Assembly: GCF_000143415.4 (NCBI RefSeq) | Contig: NW_003314300.1 | Location: forward strand, 956,181 to 1,020,180 | Source: Selaginella moellendorffii | Lineage: Eukaryota > Plantae > Lycopodiophyta | Reading direction: 5' to 3' | Length of the DNA: 64,000 nucleotides | Part shown: piece after piece, positions 34,141-46,680 of the stretch | How the letters are laid out: the number at the start of each line of letters is the position of its first letter | How positions within the stretch are numbered: the stretch's first letter is position 1 | Notes under the pieces: generated by a model | What the model was told of the DNA's origin: nothing | Database searches by the model: none | The model's input: the letters and a program-made list of their open reading frames with translations, nothing else | Position numbers and translations under genes: made by a program

Positions 34141-37100
34141 ATGTTGCCCGCGATGGAGGAAGATGACGAGAGCTCCGATTCCAGCTTCTCGACCGTGTCA
34201 TCGTCGGCGCCGCTGACAAGGAATGCAAGCGGCATTGGCTGCTCCTCGATCTTTACCAGGATTCGAGGAGGTCGAGGTAGGCAGCATCGCCAGCATCATC
34301 GCGCCAGGGGCGGCGGCGATCGAGCTGGTGCTGTCAGGATCGGATCGAGCCCTTACAAATTGCAGGAGAGGATTCTGTCCAGGCAGAAGGGAGACGCGAG
34401 GAATCGATCGGGGCTGGGCCAATTGCTCTCGCCGGATCGTCTCAACGTGTCTGTTGCTCGCAATATTTTTCCTGGCGACAATGTGGTGGATGTACAGAAG
34501 GAACAGGCCAGCTCCTTTCGGCGAGATAGAATGTCGCAGAAACTTTGCGAAGCGTCGGGAACCAAGATCGAGCAGCCCCACAAATCTGGAACTCTATCAT
34601 CAGCCATCGCGGAAATCTTTCGCTGTTTCATCTGCTTGGGAAAGGTAGTAGTCTTTCTCGTTCCATATAGAGTCTCACTGACCGTTCTTTGTTTTGTTTC
34701 TTCATTCCAGCTTATGGATGCTCAACTTTGTCCATGCTGCTCTAAGCTGGTGTGCATGCTATGTATCAAAGTACGCCTTGCAGCCTGAATCATTTCCAAG
34801 GTCATTTGATAAACTCAAGCTCTTCTCACTTCTTTTTCTCATCTGTGTCGTCGGCCTGGTTGCAGCGCTGGTTAACCGATCAGAAGCCCGAGTGCCCTCA
34901 CTGCCGTGCCTCGCTCTCGGTCTCGCAACTTGTAGGCTGCAAATTCATTTCCGAGATTACGACGGTACGTGAGTTTGCGAGTTCCGACTGACTTCTCATT
35001 CATTTTGCTTTCGCAGGAAGTGGAGAAAATACACGGGAATTTTGACGAGGATGCTCCACCAGAGAAGGTAGAAGGCTACATTTTCGTGTGCTCGCACCGA
35101 CCTTTTCTATTGCAGATTTGCCCAGCTCATGGCAGTCCACTTTCGTATTTCTGCACCACATGCTCGACTGCAGTGTGCTCCGACTGCGCCATCCTGGCCG
35201 AGGTCATACTCGCTCTTTCTTTTTTCACTTATCTTACTCTGGTTTCTATAGAGCCACCAAAACCACTCGTTTGAACGCCTAAATGTGACCTATGGAAGGC
35301 ATTCCAAAAAATTGCATGTCGAGGCATCAGCTCTACGTTCACGTCTTAAAGTAAGGATTATTACGACTGTTAGGTGTAATGCTAAGTCTTCTCTTTTGCT
35401 CAGGATTTGTATGATATGCTGGCGTCGGTTGACAATGACATTGAAGCTGTCTTGAAGGTATATCATATGTTTGCGTGTGTGACTTATGTCCTTAAGAACA
35501 GGCCAAAGATGATCAAGCGACTGAGATTGAAGCGGCTTTCAAAAGAATGCGGGTGAGAACTGCTTTCTTTTTGCAAGAACAGGAATTGCTATCGTTTTAC
35601 TGATGTGATATGCAGGCGAAGCTCGAAGAACAGCTCAAATGCAAGCTGCTGACACTATTGGCACAGAAGGGTGCTGTTTCTCAAGAGGTATGAGATTTTA
35701 TTTATGCTACGGCTCAGCCTGATTTGCTGGCCTCTGCAGGTGGAGTTGTTAGAGACCATTTTGCGTCAACTTGATTTTCAATTAACTACATCGTCCAAGA
35801 GCGATCTCATCGCTCATGAACCGACAATTACATGTATTATACAGGTGATACTGGTTCTTGTTGTGTAGCGCACGATCTCATTCGATAAGTTTCCAGGACT
35901 TGCACAAGAAAATCAATCTTGAATTAAGGCGGGACCCTGTTTCTTCAGATTTTGTTTCCGAGGTATCCCACACGAGCTAACTTTATGCATATACAATTTT
36001 TGTGGTAGGTTATTCCTCCGTTTGAGCACGGGGAGCTTGTTCTTAAGAACTTCAGAAAGTATTTGCATGCGAAACCAAGCAAGAGCAACGATTCTTCTAG
36101 TACAACTGACTCCACAAGCGACATCGTTTACAGTGCGGTGGGTACCTTAGATGCAGTGGACATAACAAGGAGGTGAAATAATGGCATCTTGTTTGAAACT
36201 TGTCACTGCTAACTAAAACTTCTTCGTTACTGTAGCCGATTTCTGCCGCCGGGATTACCTGGCGCCTAAAGGTACTTGAACTGTTCGTGCGGTTGCAGTC
36301 ACGATCCTGACTTGATCGTGCAGCTGTATCCAAATGGTAGTGGTTCATCGAAGGGAAGCCACATTTCTGCATTTCTTGAGGTCGGCCTCTTCATTCAATG
36401 TACCTGAGAAAAACTAACGCTAGTCACGTCTAGATGGTCAAAGGTGGCTCTGAGCCTACAACATATGAATATGGCATAGAGATGTTACATCGTTCGCAGC
36501 CGCACATGAAAGTTGTGAGGCGATTCTCTTCGGATTTTGAGGCAATCGATATCTCCAGATCATTTGATTGTAACTTACAAGGGCCACATTACAGGAAGGT
36601 GCATGCTGGGGGTACTATCAATTTTTCAAGATTGATGACCTTGAAAACGAAGGGTACCTTCTTCCGGGGGAAGATACACTTACGCTGAGCTTTTACGTCC
36701 GAGCTCAAACGTCAGTAATCCAATCCATTGATTGATGACTGTGACACTTGATGAATTTGACGCCGTGCTTTCGATTCAGGTTCTTGCAACAATGCCTGGA
36801 TCTGAGAAGAGCACTGTCATCGTGTCAAGCAGAACGGCAGGAAGCGGTGACGCAGGTAAAGCACGAGCGCCGTCCTTCTCTTAGTTCCGAGTTCTTACAC
36901 TCAGCNNNNNNNNNNNNNNNNNNNNNNNNNNNNNNNNNNNNNNNNNNNNNNNNNNNNNNNNNNNNNNNNNNNNNNNNNNNNNNNNNNNNNNNNNNNNNNN
37001 NNNNNACAACCAAGGATCGATAAAGCAGGTCCTGGCGGGTGCAGTGTCAAGCCTCTTGCCAACTTTTGAACAGCCCAACCCAAAGGCTGCCAGGGACACA

Positions 37101-37433
37101 TTCAGCCGCTTGGACAAGATACTCCTCAGCGGTGTTCCAACATCAGACGCTCCCCAGAAGTCTGAGGTGGACGACCGCAGCGACGCCCCATCAATGGCGC
37201 TGTCCCAGGCATCGGTGCAGCCAGAGAGCAGGGAGAAGTGTGAGCTGTGGCTCAAGAGCCGAGACAACTTGTTCCAGATGCCAGCTAGTAGGAGCAAGTT
37301 TTATGGTCGCAGGGGCCACAGGCACAGGAAGAGCAACAGGGCCTTCGATGTCGTTTCGCTTGCCAAGCGCACCAGAATGGCGACGCTGCCTTGCGCCATA
37401 CTGGAAGGAAACGACGAGAGCGTCAATACGTGA
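34141..37433 (+). CDS. TRIM37: TRIM37-like E3 ligase (RING, B-box, coiled coil, MATH/TRAF); many exons, spans a gap
   Basis: [48 protein letters not shown]; B-box CPAH..FCTTCSTAVCSDC; MATH WRLK-LYPNG..FLE..YEY.IEMLH..FSSDFE-EGACWGY. Confidence 0.85.
36906..37005. other. Assembly gap (100 N)
   Basis: N run. Confidence 1.
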
Positions 37434-37915
37434 TTGTCGAGGTAATTTTTTGCTTGGTGGAAAAGTTTGGATTAAGTTTACTCTTCCCGGCTTACTTTAA
37501 TAAACACTTTTCAGGTTACAAACTGAAATGATCAGAAAGTTATTAATGTTCAAGGAATTGGATTAAGTTTAAATGGATTCTTAAAAGTACAAACTGAAAT
37601 GCTGCTAGTGTATGAGCAAGTTGTTAATTTTTAGCCAATTAAGGGAACTAACTAGTTGCCTTAGTCAAAATTGATTGGTATCACAAATTCCATTAAACAT
37701 GATTTCTCTTTCATTGGTGAAAGATTAATGAAGCTGCATTTCAGATTGTAATCCTTGAGTGACATCAGCCTGGGGTCAGAATTTGCTTGAATTAGGAGGA
37801 AGACCAGGCTGAACCTTCTCAGAGTCAATGCCAATTTTCTGGTGGGACATTGTTGTTTTCAGCTTTTAAATACTTGCCAGCTGCATTATCATTGAAAGTC
37901 CCTCCCACTGAATTC

Positions 37916-38255
37916 TTATGCCCACAGAAAGTGGAGGGCAAAGATTGAAATCCCCAAGGCCGTTGACATCTCCATCACCCCAACAGTGGAGTGTGTCAGC
38001 AATGCAGCAAGCAACACCAACATTATGGTGATGTTGCCCCACAAATCCCTGTGATCCAAACGTCACAAGAGAAAAGAAGAGAAGTGTGGAAGCTCACCTT
38101 ATCTGATCACACTCTCTCTCAAGTATCAAATTGAATGAATGGATGCTTCTCTCCACATACCTAGCCCCACTCTTGCAATTTGCCTCCATACTTTTGTTCA
38201 GGGATTTTTCTACCATTTCTCTATTGAGTGTTTGGATTCCTTTGGGATTCTCCAT
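37916..38255 (-). CDS. Putative ~96-aa two-exon protein with a hydrophobic C-terminus (not in the ORF track as a whole)
   Basis: A 49-bp GTGAG..pyrimidine tract..CAG intron (38049-38097) joins MENPKG...ECDQIR in frame to DLWGNITIMLVLLAALLTHSTVGVMEMSTALGISIFALHFLWA*. Confidence 0.45.
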
Positions 38256-38966
38256 TCCATTCCCACGTTCTAACTCATGCAAGACAACGATTTGGGAGAT
38301 TCCGAGCTTCCCAAATGTAGCGATTCACAGCGGTCCAGCAAAAAGAAAGGCCGAGATCGAGAAAACTGGACGAAATTTTGAAGAGACAAGTTGTCTCTTA
38401 AAAGGAGTGGGTGAGTGAGAACTCGCTTTCGCAACTAGCAGCGTATCTCTGTCGCGAATGACAAAAACAAAAGCTTTAGGGCTCCATCTGACGTGGGTCC
38501 GACTCGGCGAAGATACCGCCGCGTGGCGAGACAGCTCGGACGCCACGTCACGCGGTTTGGGCGCGCAATTATTGGTCACGGTGCCCCGTACGGGCACTTT
38601 GGGCCTCCGTACAGGTGACAACTTGGAGCCAACACGAATGGTTTGGCGAGGGATTTTTTTTTTGAAGGAGAGTAGCGAAGGGGTCAGCGGCGGCGGTGGC
38701 GGCGGGGCTTTTCTTTTCTCTTGTTTCTCCGGCGCGGCGGCTGGATTCTTTCGATAGCAGCGAGGATTTTGGATTGCATTGGATTGGATCGTTGCGGCGC
38801 TGCTCCAGGATTGTTGGGGATTTCGCATCTCCCGCGCGGCGCTGGCGTGTCTAGGGCCGCGGGGCAGCTCCCAGGAGCTGCGCAGCGTTCTTGCTGAGGC
38901 GGTGCGGCAAAGAAATCGGGGATTTCTCCCCGGGATTTTGGAGCTGTCCATGCGCGGCGCCCGAAA

Positions 38967-40834
38967 ATGAGGTGAGCCGGAAGAGCTTTCTTGGTCGAAA
39001 TTTCTCGCTCTCAGAGTCCATGGATTGGATTGCAGCAGCACCAGCGTCTCCGGACGAGGCTGTCCATATTTCGACCCGGAATACGACACTCTTTCGCTAA
39101 GATTAGATCCTCCAAGGTGAAATTTCTCCTCGAGCATGCGGTCGAATTCTTTTTGGAGCTAACCTTTCCCCTCTGGCGAATTTGCGTGACTGGCAGTGTC
39201 GTGATCGATAACACAAGCTGTCCGGACGCCACGCTTATCAAGGCAACCCCCTTACCTGTCTGTCTGTGCTCGTCTTAAATACTTTTTTCTTTCCACCAGG
39301 TTGATAGCAAAAACAAGCATGGAATTCTTCTCGAGGTCGTCCAAGTTCTCACAGACCTCGACCTGGCGATTTCCAAGGCCTACATTTCTTCCGATGGTGG
39401 CTGGTTTATGGATGGTAAGAAGGACGAACCTTGCAAAGCTTTTCTATTTGCTTTAGAACGGGAGTAAAGGTAGAACTTTAACCATTCTTTCTGTCAGTCT
39501 TCCATGTGACGGATCAGCTGGGAAACAAGCTCACAGACGAGGGAATCATCGATTACATCCAGCAGGTACCCACTAAGCTCTACACTTCCAGGTACTGTGG
39601 TTGCCACTAGCATAATTTACTAACTGCAAGAGCTTGCTTGCTTGCGGATTTACATGGCAGTCGCTCGGAGCAAAGCAAGATTCCCAGACGACCGAGGTCC
39701 AAACTTGTCTCGGCCGGCGGGTCAGCTTACGGTCCAACACAGAGCAAACTGCCATCGAGCTTTGCGGGAGGGATCGCCCGGGCCTCCTCTCCGACATCTC
39801 TGGAGTCCTCAAGGACATGATGTGCAACGTTGTGGCTGCGGAGGTGTGGACGCACAACTTGAGAGTGGCTTGCGTGGTCTACGTCACGGACGAAGTCACG
39901 GGTGGCCCCATCGAAGACGAGAAGAAACTGGCGGTAATCAAGGCGAGGCTGTCCCAAGCTTTGCAAGGTGACGAGAGCGGAAAAGGCTCCAAGACCGATA
40001 TCCCGATGGCCGTGCTCCACACCGAGAGGCGGCTCCACCAGATCATGTCCGCCGACTTTGCTGCCATCCAGCCGGAGTCGACGAACACTTTCGTGGCCGC
40101 CGCCGATAAGACCAGGCCAGCCATCTCTGTCCAGAACTGCGCCGAGAAGGGATACTCCGTCGTCAACGTCCGGTGCAATGACCGCCCAAAGCTACTCTTC
40201 GACACGGTGTGTACGTTAACCGACATGAAGTACGTCGTCTTCCATGCCGCTATCCGGTCCGAGGGATCTTTCGCCTATCAGGTACGCACATTTCCGTTTC
40301 TCTCCACGCAACTGAAATCGCTTTCACCAGGAGTACTACATCCGCCTCATGGATGGCTGCACGCTAAAGTCGGAAGCCGAGCAGGAGTACGTCGTCAAGT
40401 GCTTGGAAGCCGCCATAGAAAGACGAACCGGCGGGGTAAGCTTTCACAATTCATTAAATCTCGGAGAAGAAGAAGAATAGCTTTGATTTTTCTTCCAGGG
40501 AATCCGGCTGGAGCTTTGCACCAAGGACAGGGTGGGCCTCCTGTCCGACGTGACTCGCATCTTTCGCGAGAACGGACTCTCGGTGACGAGAGCGGACGTG
40601 TCCACACAAGGTGACAAGGCCGTCAATGTGTTCTACGTGACGGACGCGTCCGGGAACCCGGTGGACAGGCGGATCGTGGAGGCGACGCGCAAGGAAATCG
40701 GGCAAAGCATTCTCCAGGTGAAGGATTTGACGCCTTCTTCCCCAAACTCCCAGCACGAGGTCGCGAGCAAGTCGAGGTTCTCGTTTGGGACCTTTCTCTA
40801 CAGCCTCGGCCTGATAAACTCGCAACAAGTCTAG
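38967..40834 (+). CDS. ACR: ACT domain repeat protein (ACR family, four ACT domains)
   Basis: [12 protein letters not shown]; [22 protein letters not shown]; [11 protein letters not shown]; [16 protein letters not shown]; [20 protein letters not shown]. Confidence 0.93.
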
Positions 40835-41013
40835 AGCTTGAAGCACAGCCGTTGGATGGCGAACGCCGGATGGTCATGACCGTCCGTTTGTATAACAGCC
40901 GGAGTTTGAATCACAACCGTTGGATGGCGCCGACCGTCCGTTTGTTGGAATCACTTGGGGATATTCTTGGCTAGAGGGTTTTTATAGAACCCTAACGAGG
41001 GGGAGATTTTGCG

Positions 41014-43031
41014 ATGGCGATCCAGCATGCATTGTCCTCCCCTTGCTCGTCTGCTGTGTCTGGGAAGCGCGGATCAAGCGCCGCAGCTGGCGAGCGTCAT
41101 GGATTTCGTGGATCGCAGCTCCGATTTGGCTACCGGCATCGGAAATGCGGCCGATCGCTGCAGGTTTTCTGTTGTCAGCCGGCGCCTGCAGCTGCGACGG
41201 AGATGGAAGGTGTCGCTGGCGCGCTGTGTATGTGATTTCATCTTCTTGCTTGCTTTGGATCCATTATAATCTTGGCTCTTTTGTGGGACAGTTGAGCGGC
41301 CATGGAAGACTAAAGACACAAGGCTTGTTCTTCAGGATGGATCAGTGTGGAATGGCAAGTCTTTTGGAGCTTCTGGAACGCAAGTCGGAGAAGTTGTTTT
41401 CAATACTGCCATGACCGGGTATGTATTTCTCTTTCCATTTTGGATCACAACCACTTTAAAGTGTTGCATGTCCTTCCCAGGTATCAGGAGATTATCACTG
41501 ATCCGAGTTATGCTGGCCAGTTCGTGGTTATGACTCAACCGCACATTGGGAACACTGGCGTCAATTTTGGTCAGTTTTTCCGTTCTCAACCTTGGGTTTT
41601 AACATAAAGATGTCTGGTTTTTCTAGAGGACGAGGAATCCAGTAAGTGCCATCTTTGTGGTCTAATTGTTCGAAGCTTAAGTGACCGGTAAGTACGCTAA
41701 CCTTTAGAAAATACTCATTTTTCTTTTTGGTTTTGTTCTTCTTTCTTCTGTGTCTAGCGTTTCAAACTGGAGGGCTACTCAGACACTGGCAGAATATTTA
41801 CAAAAGAGGAACATCATGGGCATATGTAAGGCGAGAGTCTGTTTTGTTTTTTTTTTTTTCATTTTGTAATGTCGTTATTGCAGCCTATCTGGACACCCGA
41901 GCTATCACCAGAAGATTGAGAAATGATGGAAGTTTGAATGGGGTCCTCAGCACTGATGCAACAAAAACGGATGAAGAGCTCTTACATATAGCTCAAAACT
42001 GGACCATTGTTGGTAAGAGGAATCTTGGATGACACAAATCATTCCTTTTTTTTTCTGACTTCTCGTAAGTTTCTCTTCAGGGAAGGATTTGATCTCAGGT
42101 GTAAGCTGTACACGGCCTNNNNNNNNNNNNNNNNNNNNNNNNNNNNNNNNNNNNNNNNNNNNNNNNNNNNNNNNNNNNNNNNNNNNNNNNNNNNNNNNNN
42201 NNNNNNNNNNNNNNNNNNAAGATACTACACGCCACGAATGGGAGTTTAGCAAGGACGCGGTTGCAGCTTGTGACAAGCTACAGGTAGCTCACTGATTTGT
42301 TTGTCTTACTTCAGAAAACATGTGTACCTCTATGGCAGGTTGTGGCTTATGATTTTGGTGTCAAGCATAACATATTGCAGCGCTTGGCTTCTTATGGCTG
42401 CAACATCACGGTGGTGCCGTCAAACTGGCCGGTCTCGGAAGTGATGAAGTTAAAACCAGATGGCATTCTTTTCAGCAATGGACCCGGTGATCCATCTGCG
42501 GTACCATATGCCGTCGAAACGGTGAAGGAGCTGCTGGGACAGGTTCCAGTGTTTGGCATTTGCATGGGGCATCAACTCCTGGGACAAGCACTGGGTGGAA
42601 AAACGTTCAAGATGAAGTTTGGCCATCACGGTGGTAACCATCCTGTTCGCCATCTTCCTACGGGACGTGTTGAGATTAGCTCCCAGGTACGAATTACCAC
42701 AGCTATTCACTGGTCACTAAGCTAATGCTTGATAATTTCTTTTTCCTCTTTAGAATCACAATTACGCTGTGGATATTGCGACTTTGCCGGAGGGAGTGGA
42801 GGTCACTCACGTCAACTTGAACGACGGAACTTGTGCCGGGTTAACGTACCCGGCCATGAAGGTGATGGGCATACAATACCACCCGGAGTCGTCTCCAGGC
42901 CCGCATGACGCTGATCCAGGTAAGGCTGCAAATCTCTCAATCAATCAAACGTCTCGCTAACCTTTGTTTTGTTGATGACAGCGTTTTTTGAGTTTGTTCA
43001 AATGATGATACAAAACCGGCTGCTGCAATGA
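41014..43031 (+). CDS. carA: Carbamoyl-phosphate synthase small subunit, plastidial
   Basis: Transit peptide; [14 protein letters not shown]; DFGVKHNI; SNGPGDP; GICMGHQ; HHGGNHP; [12 protein letters not shown]. Spans gap 42119-42218. Confidence 0.97.
42119..42218. other. Assembly gap (100 N)
   Basis: N run. Confidence 1.
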
Positions 43032-44393
43032 CAAGATTTTGATTGAAGGAAACCCGTGATCGTTTCTTTCAGCCCGGAGTAAATAATACCATGGTTTTTG
43101 GGGGGTCATGGACCGAAATTGTGATTGCCCGTCTCACTCCGGAAGGAACCATTTGGAAATAAATGGCTAAGGTTTTGTGTGACCGTTGGATTGGATTTTG
43201 ATTGCCACCGCTCCAGCGATTTGAGATTCCTACAATCTAGCCGAAGGATGGAGAGAAAATTTTTTAAATGACGATAAAATCGTATATGGCGACCGTGGAA
43301 ATGATTGGAACTTCATGGTGATACCAACAACTTTGGTGCCGTGGGGATATTCCAAATCTGGTAAAATGGGCAACATTTCGCCAGTGTAAACGAGCCTCCA
43401 GCTTAAGGACTCATGTCCTTGGGCACGTTATCAATCATAATAATTAAATGCGAGGCTGGCATGGCCACAATAAAATCGTGTAATTGGCAGTTTCGGCGCT
43501 TCGGCCTGGGGACGGTGTCTTTCTTTACTGTCCGGCGTCCGGCGCAGTAAAAGCCATATTTTTACTCCGCGATAAGGACCGAGGAAACGGAAGAACGCCG
43601 CCGATCCACACCGATTTTCACACTATGCGCGGGTCAACGTCAAATCCGTTTTTACCGGGCTTCGCGCCATTTTCTCTGACGTGGCTTTTGTATGTCCGTA
43701 CGTGCCATGTAGGATGGTATGAATTGTATGTATGAAATTGCTGCAGCTCTTCCTGGTAATCTAGGTAATAGGAGAGTACAGTCGCCGAACACAATACTTC
43801 ATCGTAGGTTGTACAATATTCCATCGCGCCCCACATATCCTTGTACAAGAAGCGTACGGACGTGTACTTGCATCCACCACCTTATATTTCTTAATGGTTG
43901 ATAGGCATTTCCAAGAGTGGTTGTTTGTTTCAAAAGATGAACCACCACTAATTAGCTATGATTCATTGAACATAGTTTTACGTTTTTACCTTTTTCTGCA
44001 CTCAAATTTTTAAAATAACGTGATGGAATTTTTGGGAATAAATCTTGGGATGGAGAAAATCTAGTTGTCAGGAAATAATTCACAATCATCACAGGCTAAT
44101 ATTTATGAGGTTTCAGGGCAGAACCAGCCAGAGCAGAGATTCTTAACTGGTATTTCCCCTCCATTTTCCACATTTGACCCTGTTGCTGCCACTGCTGCCA
44201 GTGGCACCAGAGAGCTAATGGTGAAAAGCCTCAAAATCCTGATTTTCTTACCACCTCAACCATGGTAAAATTGGAAGGGATGTCAACATTCCAGTGATGG
44301 ATGCAATGCAATTGATTAGCAAGAAAAAGCAGGCCTAGATAAAACCTGTGTGCCTCATATGTAGTATATGATGTGCATACATTGTTCACCAAG

Positions 44394-44481
44394 TCAGCAC
44401 CCTGTGTTGTGTGGCTGTGGGGATCCCAGAGGTGTGTTGTCATTGGAAGCTTTGGATTCTTGCAAGAAAGGATAGTGCAAT

Positions 44482-44519
<38 letters not shown>

Positions 44520-45866
44520 CTGTTGCTGTTGCTGTTGATGATGAACCAAAGCTGGTGATGGCGGCAATTGGTGCTGCTGGATTTGAGCCTGGGACCTGGA
44601 AGACGAGGAGCAATGCCCGCCAAACCCAGCGCCATATGATCGCAGTTGTCCTTGCTGCGCAGCGCTGTAGATCATGTTGGAGACATGACTCATGGACGAC
44701 TGCTGCCTCTGGAGCATGAACTGGTGCTGGCAATTCTGGTCTGGCTGCTCCGGGAAGTAGCAGAATTCCTCCTTGATAGCGGGAACTTGGGCGGCGGCGG
44801 CGGCGCTCGCGACTACGGAGCTGGGGAAGAGGTTACTGAGATGCGGATGGAGCGAAGACACCACGCAGTCCCTGCTGCCACTGCTGCTGCTGTCGAGAAA
44901 TCCCCCGAATTGATTGCTGGCGGCATTGCCACCGAAGAGGATCGAGGACGTGTTGATGCGAGGAGGAGCCGCCGCTCCCTCGCTGGAAGCCGGGGACACG
45001 TATGGCGAGGGCGACGAGAGGTTGGAGCCGTGATGGACCGCTCCAATTCCAATGTGGCGCGGCGAGGCGGTGGTGGAGCAATCCCCGGCCCGGCCAGCGT
45101 CCGCCGCTGCTAGATCCGCCAGCAGCCTCGTGTATCCCGCCGCTGCCCCTACACTCGAGCCCATGAGGTTGCTAAGACTGTTGTTGGGTCCTGCCGAAAG
45201 TAGCCCGCCAATGCTGCTGGTGGTGACGGTGGTGGTGGCGGTGGCTCCACCCTGGCCTCCGCCGCCAGTGGTGGTGGTCGTCGTCGCCGTCGCTGTGAGA
45301 GAGCTCGGCCTTCCGGAAGAACAAGCGCCATTGTTGCCCACAATGCCGGCTAGTCCGCCGCTGCCCGAGGCAGCGCCACCGAGGCTCGTCGCAGCTCCTG
45401 ATTGCCCGGCTTGTGATTGCTGCAGGAAAAAAGCAAGTGTTAGAAGGGGAAAAAAAAAAAAAAAAAACGCCCAGACAAATCCGCTCTAGAACTCTTCACG
45501 AGGAATAAACAAAGAGTACAAAAGCAAGCACAGAAAAAAATCCGGAAGGACGAGTACGAATGCTCACGGCCTGGAGAAACTAAACAGGAAGAACAACAGA
45601 GAAGATGGAAGAACACATTGGATCCATCCAGCATTGGATCGATGCGATGAGAGACTGACCTGGGATCTATAGGTTGTGCCGTCGGGCTCCACGATCCATC
45701 CCGCCTCCGTGGCCAAAGCTCGCAAGACGTCGTTGATGTCGGCCCTGGGCGGGAGATTGTAGCCGCCGTGCTTCCTCAGCCCCGAGTAAATCTTGGACGT
45801 GATCGCTCTCCTGTGCCGCTCCCTCAGCTTCGTCTTCTCCTTCTCCTTCTCGCTGAGCTTCACCAT
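44394..45866 (-). CDS. BES1/BZR1-domain transcription factor with polyQ (exons 45660-45866 and 44394-45419)
   Basis: [61 protein letters not shown]; phase-0 intron; DCSTTASPR and [16 protein letters not shown] motifs. Confidence 0.9.
44480..44541 (-). repeat. (CAG/CAA)n coding polyglutamine tract
   Basis: About 19 Gln codons. Confidence 0.95.
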
Positions 45867-46680
45867 TAGAAGAGAAAGCCGATGGATCGATCGTCACGGC
45901 GCGGGGGAGAGAGATGGAAATATTGGCGGAGATGGAGAGGGAGGATCGATATTTCGAATCGATGATCAGCTATCCGATCCACAGCCACTGCGGCAGCATT
46001 CTTGGATCGCCGCGCTGCTGCATTGGCGCCGCTGCCGCCGCTGCTCTGCCCGATCTTCCAGCCGCTTGCGCCACCGCTGCAAAGAACACGAACGCCACGG
46101 CGATTCCTTGGCCTCCATTCCCTTGCCCGAGCTCCAGAGACTACTGCCTAGCTCCAACTTTCGATCGATCCCTTGGCAGCGAATCGCGCCGCCACTCCAC
46201 TCTCTCTCTCTCTCTCGCTCTTTCTTCTTTCCTACACCTAAAATCTAATCCTCAGAAGCCTCCAAGCGGACAACCACCTCCCAGGGTAGGAAAAAAAACA
46301 CAGCGCCGCGACGGACGGCTAGGATGAGTCGTTACACGAATATTCTGCGCACCGGAATCCGATAGGCAATTATTTTTCCTGGGAATGCGAGTTTGAAATA
46401 AAATCTTTATTCTTAACGTTAAAACGGACGGACGGATTGGACGGACGGGTAGCCACCGGTTTTTACCGGACGATGCCGGTCATTGGTCACTGACAGCTGG
46501 CGGCGCTAGGAAACGCCTGTGTACATGATGCCAAGGACGCGGGGTAAGTAGCTTAACTGTAGTCTACTGCGAGATCTTAAGGGATATAGGCACAAATTCT
46601 ATTTCTCAAGTAAGAAATGGGAATTAGCTAAATATTAAAAATGATAGCAACTTTGGGATTTTGTTTTTTAAAAGGGTTGG

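Noticed and set aside
38325-39137. 270-aa minus-strand ORF
   Set aside because: Overlaps the GC-rich ACR promoter, 5' UTR and first exons; low-complexity, with no recognisable domain.
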